A DNA stretch of 64,000 nt from a virus: positions 1 to 64,000 of IMG/VR virus record IMGVR_UViG_3300025133_000027, one strand, 5' to 3'. Position numbers and translations under genes: made by a program. This document shows positions 16,478-26,448 of this stretch, piece after piece. Position 1 is the first letter of the stretch, and every line of letters begins with the position of its first letter. The notes under the pieces are model-generated. The model had not been told where the DNA came from and did not search any database. It was given only the letters and a program-made list of their open reading frames with translations.

Positions 16478-17209
16478 GTGAAAATGAGTGTTATTGTTGA
16501 GGATTTTGATTCGTCGGTTGTTTTCTCCAAGGGTGAGGGCAACGACGTTGCTAAGGTCACGTTTTCAAAGGAGGATTTGCCGCTTGTAGCGGTTGTTATC
16601 CAAGCCCTTGATAAGAAACGGACTCCGAAGGGCGCTGCTCGCGTGGCTTCTTCGAAGCTCACTAAGATCGGCTATGCCGTGCGTGAGAAAACTCGTCGTG
16701 ATTCCGACGTGTTGCGAGTCGCTGAGTCGCTGGCAAACTACGGGATGTTGACGAAAAAAGTGAGTGAAAACAAGATGTTCACTTACTTTGAGCCAAACGC
16801 TGAGTTTGACTCGGAAGTTGGTGATTCTGTTAAGGAAAAGGCTGCCGGTGCCTTTCGTGAGAAAGTAAAGGCAGTTGCGAAGGATAAGGCTTCTAAGCCT
16901 GCTTCCAAGCGTTCCGGTCGCCCTCGCAAGACTGCATCACAGGAGGACTTCGAAGCCCTTGTGAAGCGTGTGGACGCCCTTGAGGCTGCGCTTGCTGGCA
17001 CTGAGTCGAATGAGGACGCGAAAGCGTCTGACAGCGATTCTGAAGCTTCCGAGGCTGATACCTCGGAAGTCGCTGAAGTGACTCAGGATTCTGAGGATGA
17101 GACGGAAGGTGAGGAAATTACTGACCTTTCCGAGTGCTCCCCTGAAACCCTTGCACTTCTCGCGGCTTGCGAGGACGAGGACGAGGACGATGAAGCCGTC
17201 AACGGCTAA
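16478..17209 (+). CDS. hypothetical protein with AT-hook-like GRPRK, short coiled coil and acidic tail
   Basis: 243-aa ORF with biased codon use. Confidence 0.8.
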   Translation: MKMSVIVEDFDSSVVFSKGEGNDVAKVTFSKEDLPLVAVVIQALDKKRTPKGAARVASSKLTKIGYAVREKTRRDSDVLRVAESLANYGMLTKKVSENKMFTYFEPNAEFDSEVGDSVKEKAAGAFREKVKAVAKDKASKPASKRSGRPRKTASQEDFEALVKRVDALEAALAGTESNEDAKASDSDSEASEADTSEVAEVTQDSEDETEGEEITDLSECSPETLALLAACEDEDEDDEAVNG

Positions 17210-17310
17210 GTCCTCGATTTCATAGGGAAAAGCGTTAGGGCGCTGCGATGGTTTGGACCCTGAGAATCCTACCATTGCCCCTGTGAACTGGGATCTGTAG
17301 TGATTCCGAC

Positions 17311-17363
17311 TAGTTAGCATGATGGATGCGATAGCGCGGGTTCAAATCCCGTCTAACTAGCCA
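17311..17363 (+). ncRNA. tRNA-like RNA without anticodon arm
   Basis: TAGTTAG/CTAACTA-G-CCA; GCGGG-TTCAAAT-CCCGT; mini D hairpin only. Confidence 0.7.
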
Positions 17364-17644
17364 AGATGATTGAATTAATTGGGCGAGCGACTTGCCGGAA
17401 GGTCGCAAGTGAGTGGAATGTGATGGTTTGCACCTAAGTTCGTGTTTTCCTTGGCATTAGGAAGGCACGTTAAATATCTTGAACGATTGCAGGCACTTTG
17501 AATCTCTAGCCTGTAGAATCCTGATAAACACAACGAAATCAAGAGGTTATAATGGTTCGAAGTCGTGATGGTCCCGCAAGGGTTTAATATTACTAGGAAA
17601 GATTAGTAAGTCCGCGTGTTGCGGCAGCTTTCCGCAACAAAAAC

Positions 17645-17713
17645 ACAAGGTTAGCAGCAAAGGGCTGCAATCGTGAATGATTTTAGCGGGTTCGACTCCC
17701 GCGCCTTGTGCCA
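17645..17713 (+). ncRNA. tRNA-like RNA with shortened anticodon loop
   Basis: ACAAGGT/GCCTTGT-G-CCA; GCAGC/GCTGC D arm; AATCG-TGAA-TGATT; GCGGG-TTCGACT-CCCGC. Confidence 0.65.
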
Positions 17714-17880
17714 GGAAAAGCGGAACAATATCGGGTAGTTACAGGTATTTAGGCAGAGTCACTGAAAAACTCCATAAAGTCAGTGACTTAATGCCGCCTG
17801 TGATCGGCTTGGACGTATAGACGGGGCGGGCGACGAAAAACCGTTGCCTATTGCATACTTAGAGGGCGTTCCGCTTTTCC
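17714..17880 (+). ncRNA. structured ncRNA closed by a 13-bp stem
   Basis: GGAAAAGCGGAAC/GTTCCGCTTTTCC encloses a long hairpin (AGTCACTGA/TCAGTGACT). Confidence 0.55.
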
Positions 17881-18212
17881 TTTAATACCACGAAAGTGTG
17901 AGTAATATTCGCTAGTTGCGATGGTCTAATAGAAATTGACTAATTGCCGTTGCCACTCGGCGCAATCCTTTGAAATTGTTGGGCTTTCCCACTCAAGCTG
18001 AAAAGCTGAACAATTGACATTGGTTGCGAGGCTGGTACAACTCTCCAATATTGCTCCACTTTCCCAATACAGGGTCCAGCCCTAACTGGCGGTTATCGTT
18101 GTCGAAATCAGCGAGGCAATAAACTTGAACAATATCAGGAGCATAGAGTGGTACTTCTTTTGTTTGATATATAAATCCAGTGAATTCAGGGAGTTGTGCA
18201 TGACTGCCCTGG

Positions 18213-18279
18213 ATCACTGATGTAAGACCTTGAAATTAAAGGGAAAAGCCTGGAAGTTTCAAGGTCTTACATCAGTGAT
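18213..18279. repeat. perfect 23-bp inverted repeat, each arm with an IHF-like site
   Basis: ATCACTGATGTAAGACCTTGAAA ... TTTCAAGGTCTTACATCAGTGAT, 21-nt loop. Confidence 0.9.
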
Positions 18280-18308
18280 GATTAAGCCAACGATTACAGG
18301 GAGTTACA

Positions 18309-18530
18309 ATGAACCTTCAAGCTTACATGGCGAACGTGCATAACGCATTGAATCGACATCGAAACTGGCGATACGGACAAGCGTTATTCAACGTGCTATT
18401 TGATATGTACCCTAACAGTGCAAACAAAGTGCGTGGAACCAATGCAGATCCTTTCTACGCTAAGAACACTAAGAGTCCGCAAGTCGGTGAATTCATGGAC
18501 TTTCTTTTTGAGGAAGCGAAACGCGGCTAA
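18309..18530 (+). CDS. hypothetical phage protein (WRYGQ-FN family)
   Basis: WRYGQALFNVL...RGT-ADPFY; GGAG SD. Confidence 0.8.
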   Translation: MNLQAYMANVHNALNRHRNWRYGQALFNVLFDMYPNSANKVRGTNADPFYAKNTKSPQVGEFMDFLFEEAKRG

Positions 18531-18816
18531 GTCCGCGAAAGAACAGAGCAATTCAGGTTGAATGGTTTAGATAGTCACGCATTACTCCTAACCATTCGTA
18601 ATTGCTGTAAGTTTTCCTGGCGTGGGGAAACACCTGAAAGTCTAGTTAATTAGGATACTAATTAGGTAGCCATTGTTGAATGGTTTCAATGGGTTAGACT
18701 CCCATTGGCTTCGAGAGTCGTCGGTACGGAATCGCTAAACAATGAATATCGTTGGGGATTGTTAGTAAGCAAGCCAACTAACCATGCTGGCAAGTCTTCA
18801 TTTCCTCAACGATTAT

Positions 18817-18890
18817 GCGCCTTTAGCTCAGTTGGATAGAGCATCGGTCTTCTAAACCGAGGGTCACAGGTTCGAATCCTGTAAGGCGCA
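18817..18890 (+). tRNA. tRNA-Arg(TCT)
   Basis: Canonical cloverleaf; TCGGT-CTTCTAA-ACCGA. Confidence 0.93.
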
Positions 18891-18930
18891 CCCAACGCAG
18901 TGAAATCATTGCGAAAATAGGAGGTTAAAC

Positions 18931-19164
18931 ATGAATGTGGTTGAAATTACTTTGCTTTCTAGGAGTGCCGGTCGTAGAAAATACGGCTATTATTTCAAGC
19001 AGGTGGATCACACTGTATTGATTAGGGAAGTATCGCAAGTTACGAACCCTGATTTTACCAGGGAACCCTTTGAGTTCGAAAAGGATTTCGTAAAAGTATC
19101 TATCAGGGATATTGACCGTGTTATTGAAGGGTTGCAGGCTATGAAGTTGCTCGTCAGCAAGTAG
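18931..19164 (+). CDS. hypothetical protein
   Basis: AGGAGG SD. Confidence 0.75.
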   Translation: MNVVEITLLSRSAGRRKYGYYFKQVDHTVLIREVSQVTNPDFTREPFEFEKDFVKVSIRDIDRVIEGLQAMKLLVSK

Positions 19165-19582
19165 CCGAAATCATGGAGAAAATCATGAAAGCACGTAAAT
19201 ATCGAGTGATTCTGGCACGTTGCGGGATGCCACGGGTTCGAATCATCACGATTGAAGGTCGTTCGGATGCGTATGATTTCCGAAAAGCCTATGTAAATCG
19301 CAACGTTGGGTTGAAGCTGAGTGATCTAAGGGTCGTGCAGGTGCGACGATGATTCGTAACCAACGGGATTCAAACGGAATTCTAAGGCTGGTGCATCGCA
19401 CTGATATTATTGAGCAAAATGAGGATGGCGAGGTTAGCACACTAACGATTGTCTTCCTAAGCCCCAAAAAGCGCAATAATGTTATGGTGTTACGCGACCC
19501 TATAAGGGTTCTAAAGATTAGAAACGAGGCTCTTAGAATTCAGGAATTCTAAATAATAATAACAAGTTAGGGAGTAATTAAG

Positions 19583-19723
19583 ATGGCTAAGGGAAAGAAC
19601 GCATTCGGCAAGTCGCAAGCTCGCGGAAAGACTACGAAAAAGAAGACTCGCCAGGGTCAAGGTAAGTTCTCGAAACGAAAGGGAGATCGCAAGATGTCCC
19701 GTGGCCAGGGCAAGGCTTGTTAA
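19583..19723 (+). CDS. small basic phage peptide (KKTRQG...RGQG type)
   Basis: MAKGKNAFGKSQARGKTTKKKTRQGQGKFSKRKGDRKMSRGQGKAC; GGAG SD; shorter than any ORF in the supplied track. Confidence 0.7.
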   Translation: MAKGKNAFGKSQARGKTTKKKTRQGQGKFSKRKGDRKMSRGQGKAC

Positions 19724-19932
19724 ATGAACGAAATAATTACGAAAATCAAGAGGTACTTTTGTCCGCATCCTATAAGTGCCCGAAAGCATGGGTATTTGCC
19801 GGAACAACCCTGGCGTTGGTCTGAGTGTTCGGAGTGTGGTAGAAAGTGGTATCATTACATAGACTTGGCGATCGTAGTCAAGTAACGTCGTGAAATTGCT
19901 AGGTTTTCTCCTAGTTATAAGGAGGTGAACCA

Positions 19933-20103
19933 ATGGCGAAAAAGCGAAAGAAGAAAAAGTTCAATGAAATCAAAGCCTTGTCACGCAAGCTTGCTATGCG
20001 TGATGGTGCATATGATGGAAGGTTCAAAGTGCGCGTAATTGCTAACAAAAAGCGCAAGACTAGCCGTGAGGCTTGTCGGAAAAGAGTTAGCGAGGAATCT
20101 TGA
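19933..20103 (+). CDS. small basic peptide, weakly ArfA-like
   Basis: AAGGAGGTG SD; GAYDGRFKVRVIANKKRK. Confidence 0.7.
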   Translation: MAKKRKKKKFNEIKALSRKLAMRDGAYDGRFKVRVIANKKRKTSREACRKRVSEES

Positions 20104-20160
20104 AAGATTTCAACTAGTTAGAGGTCCGTGGGATTTAATCAAGCGATAACAGGAGGTTAC

Positions 20161-20370
20161 ATGGCAAAGCTGAGAGTCGTTAAGCGTCGAACGGTTGGCG
20201 AAGCTGTATTTTGGACGGGATCGCTGAAACGTCGCGGAATTGTTGAGAGTGTGCAGGGAAACCGATGCACGGTGTCTTGGTATACGAAAGACGGTGATTT
20301 TATTCAGAAAGATGATGGATGGCGTCACTGTGAATTGATCGACCGTGTTGCAATCGTGAGGTATATCTAA
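20161..20370 (+). CDS. hypothetical protein
   Basis: AGGAGG SD. Confidence 0.65.
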   Translation: MAKLRVVKRRTVGEAVFWTGSLKRRGIVESVQGNRCTVSWYTKDGDFIQKDDGWRHCELIDRVAIVRYI

Positions 20371-20729
20371 TGAGTAAGGCCAAAAACACTAGCAAAGTTA
20401 AGGACTTATCTGGTGAATTTGGAGGGAACACAGTGAAAGCCTTGCTCAATTTCCCAAAGATTGCACGGACTTATATCATATCAGAAAAAGGCACGCAATT
20501 TCGTAAGATTGGAGTCAGTGTTGACGTGCGAAAGCGATTGTCAGACCTACAAACAGGAAATCCAAGAAAGCTGAATGTTATTCATGTGTTCCCAGGCAAC
20601 GTAGAAAGGTCCATTCACGCAATTCTTGAAGGATATTCAGGGGTTGCAAAAGGTGAATGGTTCGAATTGACTGATTCGGAAGTCAGTGTAATCGTTGACA
20701 CAATTCAAGAAATGTTTACAACGTGGTGA
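20370..20729 (+). CDS. T5orf172/MUG113 (GIY-YIG-like) domain protein
   Basis: KIG-S----KRL--LQTGNP--L, E--IH, GEWF. Confidence 0.85.
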   Translation: MSKAKNTSKVKDLSGEFGGNTVKALLNFPKIARTYIISEKGTQFRKIGVSVDVRKRLSDLQTGNPRKLNVIHVFPGNVERSIHAILEGYSGVAKGEWFELTDSEVSVIVDTIQEMFTTW

Positions 20730-21069
20730 CGGTTCCACGGTAAACATAAATAGTCTAAATAACTTAGGAGGTTATAAGACGCACAAGCAAGTCCTTGATA
20801 TGACTTGCGAAAAGTGAAACTATCAGCAACGCGGGAATGGTAATATATTCAAGGGGTTAAGAACTCCTCGTCAGGCAGGCTCATAACTTGCCCTCGCAGC
20901 CACAACCCAGCGAAATCGCTAAGGAAACTTGCCGGATGGCTTCACCATCAACTATGAGGCACGAAACTTCAATGATTTCGCTGGGTTGCACCATAACACA
21001 CCGTCAACGCTTGCAAGGCAACGCGCAGCGCATCTTGACGGTATTTACGAACAATATCAAGGAGTTATC

Positions 21070-24052
21070 ATGCAAGTGTATGTTATTCAGTATCTATACG
21101 CCTTCGAAATGGATAAGACCATTGAAGTGATTGAAATCAATGAGGATTTGCTGAAACGTAAGATATATAAAGTGTTCGAAGCAATGTTACTAGTCGAAAC
21201 AACCGGGGAAGGTAGTGAAATCTTTGATGAATCGCTGATGAAGCGAAACGGTAAGAAAATCAAAAAGTTTACCGAAGGTTGGTATACCTACGGTGATTTT
21301 GATAATGCAATTGATGTTATTATCAGAAAAGTCTATCAATAACAAGGAGTTACAACAATGACTAACAAAAACAATGGGTTTCGCGTAAGGTTCTTTATTG
21401 CAAGCCGGCCCAAGCCGATAATCACTAAAGATTTCAAGGAGTTCCCCGAGGCTGCGCGTTACGCTAAAACTATGCGAAATACTTGCGGATCTGGTTGGAA
21501 ACTTTCTTATGAAAATTTCCCAATACTTTCAGCAGGTTGGGAAGACAGTCACGGTGCTTTATGTGCCATTGACCCTAACGACTAAATCACCAACAATAAC
21601 AGGGAGTTACGGCAGTGAGTGGATTGGAGTTGGACAAAGTGCTACATGCACGCGAAATCCTTGCGGAAATGGATATTCCGATATTCCGCAAGGATCTTCG
21701 CAAGTTGAGCAACCTAAGTTGGTTAGCTCGTAACGTCTCGATTCGAAACGGGAATCACCCGAAGCTCAATGAATTGCTCTCGATTCTGCGAGAAATTAGA
21801 AAAGAGCAAAGATAACAGGAGGTTAACATTTCTTATGAAAACTAAGTTAAAGCTATATGCACAAGCACAAGGCCGCGTAATTACTAACGTTTCTTACGAT
21901 TGTGAAATTCCTGCATTACGCGACCTTAATTTGATTTTGCTAAACCCGCTAGATCCTTGGACTTTCCAGTTTAAGGCAACCCGCCGAAAAGATAGGTTTA
22001 TTTGGACTTCAAAAACAACCATTGTCACAATGGTCGTAACTGCGCCATATGATTAGTGTTTCGTGCCTGCTTGTCTTTCCTTTTGTTTTTCTGGTGTTGC
22101 CGGGGATTGAAACAGACTAATATCATTGCAGTTTTGGAATAATGAACAGCGTTCGATTCGCTGTGCTGCAACCAATTGAAATCATGGAGGAAACATGCAA
22201 TATGAGCTATGGAAGGCTGTCATTGTGTCTTTTGTCAGTTATATCGCAGTGTTTGCGGTTGCCCTGATAATTGTTACAATTACTTAACAAAAACAAGCAC
22301 TTAGGAGTTAACACATGGGAAGGCAATATTGTTACTTAGTTACAAAGAGCACAGGATACGAGATTGGAGATGGTCCGCAAGTCTTTGATTATAAACCCGA
22401 ATTGGTTGACGATTACCTTAATGTAGTTATCGGAACAATTACAAAGGGTAAGATGATCGTCACACTGAATCACTCTTTAGAACCTAACGGAATTGAAGGA
22501 TATATCACAGGGTTATACACAACTGATATTGTTGACGGTTGGATTCGAGTGCAAGCCATTGAGATCAATAGGAGATACGATGCCAAATAAGAAAAGCCTT
22601 AAAAAACAACTAGCTGAAGTCAAAGCGCATAACAAGGTTTTGCGTAAGGATAACAGCAAGTTGCAAGCCAATTTGAGAAAGTCTATTCAAGACGGTTGTG
22701 ATTTGAGTGAAGAACTCAATAAAATCGCGGACTTATTGCATCCCTTGATGCAGTACGCAGATCACCTATAAAAACAACAACTTGGAGAACACATGAAAAT
22801 CGTCAATTATCTAAGACCAAAAACTCTCAAGAGTTTCAACAACTTGAAGATCGGACAGTGTTGCTTCGCAACCTATGACAATTGTGAGCCTTTTGTTGCA
22901 ATGGTGATCGATGGTCATGAACTCGTTGTAAACATTACGGATTCTGAGTTATACGAGATCAACGACCCAGCCCTTGAATTCATTGAGGAAATTCCGATGG
23001 ATCAGGCTCGACTAATCATCGGGAAACCTGAATAAAAACAACAACTTGGAGAACACATGAAAATCATCAATGAAATCAATGGCAACGAGGCCGAGTTGAC
23101 TGAGGCTGAAATCCTCTTTCTTATTGAGGACTTGGCGAGGAGCATTATTGAGTGCCAAAAGGTCAATGATTCCAAGCGGTTGTGCTTGCAAGTATCAATC
23201 AACAACATGACGAGAATCTTCAAGAAATTCAAGGGGTTGCTGGCCGAGCCGGAACCCGTTGAAACCTTTGAGATCCGTGACTTGACGACTGAAGAATTCG
23301 ATGAATTACACGCAGTTACAGACTTTTGGCACGAGGAAGGTCAAACCCCTTATAATCAATCAGATTTTGACAATTCGGTAACTCTCCGAAAACTATCCGA
23401 AAAGGTAAGTGACTGTTATTACGAGGTTTGGGAGGATTACGATTCTCTCAGTACAATCAAGGGGTTCACTCTCAAAGAGATTGAATTGGCTCTAAGTATG
23501 CTAAAGCATGACGATTTCTTCGATACCCCGTATGTGAGTGACTCCACGATCGCAAAGGTCAATAAAGCAATAAATTCAACCACTTAGCAACAAAGGAAAA
23601 CACAGCATGGAAAAAGCATACGGACTTACAGGGTTAACCAAGCATCAAATTGATGAATTAAGTTACACACTTAGCGTTGAGGAGCATCTTGACGACGCAA
23701 CCGTTGAGCAAGTCAGTGAAATCATTGACAACATGAATGATGATGAATTCAATAAATTCATGAACAATATCAGCAACTTGCGAGGAAACTAATGAAAATG
23801 ATCAATAAAATCTATGTAGTAGAGCTTTCGTCGCATGATGGTCGAACTCAAGCTAGCTTTAAAACTCAGCAAGGTGCCAAAAGGCTTATAGCGAGACTAG
23901 AAAAGCAAAAAAAGTTTGTTGAAGAAAACAGCAATGATCTCCGCGAACACGAACTCAGGTACAACGACAAGGAAACAGGGCAACAATTCCGATTCTCACA
24001 TATTACCTTACCCACACGTATACATTTCTATACAATGCCCCTTCATCAGTAA
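21070..24052 (+). other. cluster of ~10 small hypothetical early genes (21070-21342, 21358-21585, 21615-21815, 21835-22056, 22315-22590, 22580-22771, 22793-23035, 23057-23587, 23607-23792, 23792-24052)
   Basis: Co-oriented short ORFs with GGAG SDs, several SDs embedded in IHF-like sites. Confidence 0.65.
22126..22174 (+). ncRNA. tRNA minihelix (acceptor + T arm + CCA only)
   Basis: TTGCAGT/GCTGCAA-CCA; ACAGCG-TTCGATT-CGCTGT; 13-nt linker. Confidence 0.7.
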
Positions 24053-24333
24053 CCAACCGAGATCACCTCGGAACAAGCTGAAATGATTAAGGATTCTCTA
24101 GCTTACTTTGAGAATGTCATAAGCGACAAGGAATTCAATAAATTCATGAACAATATCAGCAACTTGCGAGATAAACTAGAAGCAGCAGGACTATAACATG
24201 CAAAAGACATATAATATCACAGGGTTGACGCCCAGTGAATTAGCTCAGTTAGAATTTGTACTTAGAGAGTACGCGAAAAACGCCAGTCTTTACGCTGCGT
24301 TGTGGGCTAAGATCGTAACTGTAAGGAAGTAAC

Positions 24334-24498
24334 ATGGAAAAGACATATAATCTCATAGGGTTGACCAAGCGTCAAATTGATGAGTTAAGTTACGCACTTA
24401 ATGTAGAGGAGTGTCTTGACGACGCAACCGTTGAACAACTCAATGAAATCATTGACAATATTCAGCCAACCAAGATCATTGAGGAAACTAATGGATAA
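24334..24498 (+). CDS. small protein, paralog of 23607-23792
   Basis: MEKTYNLIGLTKRQIDELSYALNVEECLDDATVEQ versus MEKAYGLTGLTKHQIDELSYTLSVEEHLDDATVEQ. Confidence 0.75.
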   Translation: MEKTYNLIGLTKRQIDELSYALNVEECLDDATVEQLNEIIDNIQPTKIIEETNG

Positions 24499-24835
24499 TA
24501 ATTCCAACAAAATCCACAAGGTAGAGCTATCCTCCCAAGAGCTTAGAATCATTGAGAGATCAATTGAATTCGCCAGAAGATGGGGACACTTCGATGGCTA
24601 TAAAAACCCCAATGCAATCAAGGGCTTGCAACTCAAAGCAATGGACACCCTCTCAGGAGCCATAACCCCTGATGATCACTCAGGTTCTCAGATAACAGGG
24701 CTATCCCTGCAAGACCTTGATTCCATTACGGATTGCATTGAAATAGCAGAAGGAACAGGCTATACGGAACGCTTTGATCACAATGACATTCTGGAGAGGC
24801 TGGAGGCAGCCAAGGCAACAGCCTGTAATCATTGA
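24491..24835 (+). CDS. hypothetical protein
   Basis: GAGG SD; two L(S/T)xxE/D modules. Confidence 0.65.
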   Translation: MDNNSNKIHKVELSSQELRIIERSIEFARRWGHFDGYKNPNAIKGLQLKAMDTLSGAITPDDHSGSQITGLSLQDLDSITDCIEIAEGTGYTERFDHNDILERLEAAKATACNH

Positions 24836-24949
24836 GCTTTTAATGAGGACTCAGGAGAGGAGCCCATAACCTCTCATTATGATTATACATTAGGGGAATG
24901 GATTGATTATCCTTTGGAACCTAGCGAAATGATTGAGAGACTTGAGTTG

Positions 24950-25670
24950 AGTGATTAACAGTCACTTCCAGTAGTCTATAACATATAGGTTAAATACATA
25001 ATGATTACACATACTTAGAGTAGGTGGTATCTGTTTAGTTAATGATTATAGGTAGTTGGTAGAGGCGGGTAGGGGTGTAGCTCCCATATACCACTAGGCC
25101 CTCTAATATATAGTCCTAAGTATAGGTTTTTATTGAGTTTTTCTTGTCAATAGGCAAAATAAATTAAATAAAGTTGGGCTACCCAATCAAATCAGCTACT
25201 TACACCTGTTGACAACGACTTTAACACATGATCCACGCACCTAAATAAATAAAGTTTAACGATCATGCAGGGTTACGGGACGCGGGCACCACCCCCAAAT
25301 AAAAACAGTAGTGATTCCGCAGGGTTACAGCAATGTCAAGGGGCACCGCAAAGAAATATTTCTCAGCGATAGTGCTTGACATACCTAAGCCCATAGAATC
25401 ATTGAGCTTTCCATTACAAATTAAACCCCAATGATTACAGGCACTTAGCTTTCCCAATATCATTAGGGAATAAACCTCAATGATTACAGGGAGTTAGCAG
25501 TGTCAAGTCACTGTTTAGCTTTATTCCTTAATGATTTCAATGACTTACAAAACATAATCATTAAGGAAAAAAACGTAATGATTTCAAAAGGTTGCACAGG
25601 GGGGAGGGGAACCCCCCGGTATCATAGGGGAAATCCCGGAATGTAAGTCCTTAATATCATTGGGTTTTTG
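24950..25670. repeat. second dense cluster of IHF-like sites in both orientations, with G and C runs
   Basis: AATGATT(A/T)..-type sites at 25000, 25041, 25430, 25479, 25530, 25577; inverted copies near 25385, 25446, 25545, 25643. Confidence 0.75.
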
Positions 25671-25939
25671 CTATATAATCGACTAAGTCCGTCTCCGAGA
25701 GCTGATCAATTTTTCACAGAATCGGTTTTTGAGGTTGTCGGGGTGAACTGCACGCTCCCGAGTCCGTCCATATGACAATATTATTTTTTTTAAAAATAGC
25801 AATTCCATTTTTACAGGGGGAAACAACACCAATCTCCAATAGTTGCATATAACTTAACAAATATAGGCTGGCAGCTCTAATATAGGCTTATATTCCCTAT
25901 TTTTGGAAAGACAGTTGGTGTCGTTTTCCCTAGGGAGAG

Positions 25940-26185
25940 ATGGAATGGAGCATGATGAGCAAGCGACAGATGACAGAACAAGAGTATATTGATTTTGGAA
26001 ATGAGCTATATCGGCAAGGCTATGAGCTGCCTGATAAGATTCAAGAGATTCTCAGACGGAATAACCATTATGCTCCTGTTACACTGACATATGACCCGCT
26101 GGAGGATGACATTGATATGTATCCGATGCCCAGCACCATTAAACAGTTGGTTCAGTTGTATCTGGCTTTTGAGTCAGGCTTGTAG
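25940..26185 (+). CDS. hypothetical protein
   Basis: ORF with SD. Confidence 0.6.
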   Translation: MEWSMMSKRQMTEQEYIDFGNELYRQGYELPDKIQEILRRNNHYAPVTLTYDPLEDDIDMYPMPSTIKQLVQLYLAFESGL

Positions 26186-26193
26186 GAGAAGAT

Positions 26194-26448
26194 ATGTATC
26201 ATTGTAATTATTGTCAAGAAGTTCATGAAGGTTATCCCAGCGCCGATGGTAAATGCCATATAGAACATAGAGATGATTGGGATAAGGCAACACTTAAACA
26301 TCGCGGAGAGGCTTATAGAGCCCTTATAAATGCTCATATAAATGCTCATAGAAAGGTTGTCTTTTGTCCTAAGTGCTTTATTCCAAACTATGAAGGCACC
26401 AAGTGCAATCACAAGACTTCTAATGTTCACTTGGCACAGGACATATAA
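26194..26448 (+). CDS. Cys/His-rich small protein
   Basis: CNYC and CPKC; AGGAG SD. Confidence 0.65.
   Translation: MYHCNYCQEVHEGYPSADGKCHIEHRDDWDKATLKHRGEAYRALINAHINAHRKVVFCPKCFIPNYEGTKCNHKTSNVHLAQDI

Noticed and set aside
18636-18712. Further tRNA-like fold (T-like arm CAATGGG-TTAGACT-CCCATTG)
   Set aside because: Poor acceptor stem, no CCA and an irregular anticodon loop; not called, though it may be another mimic
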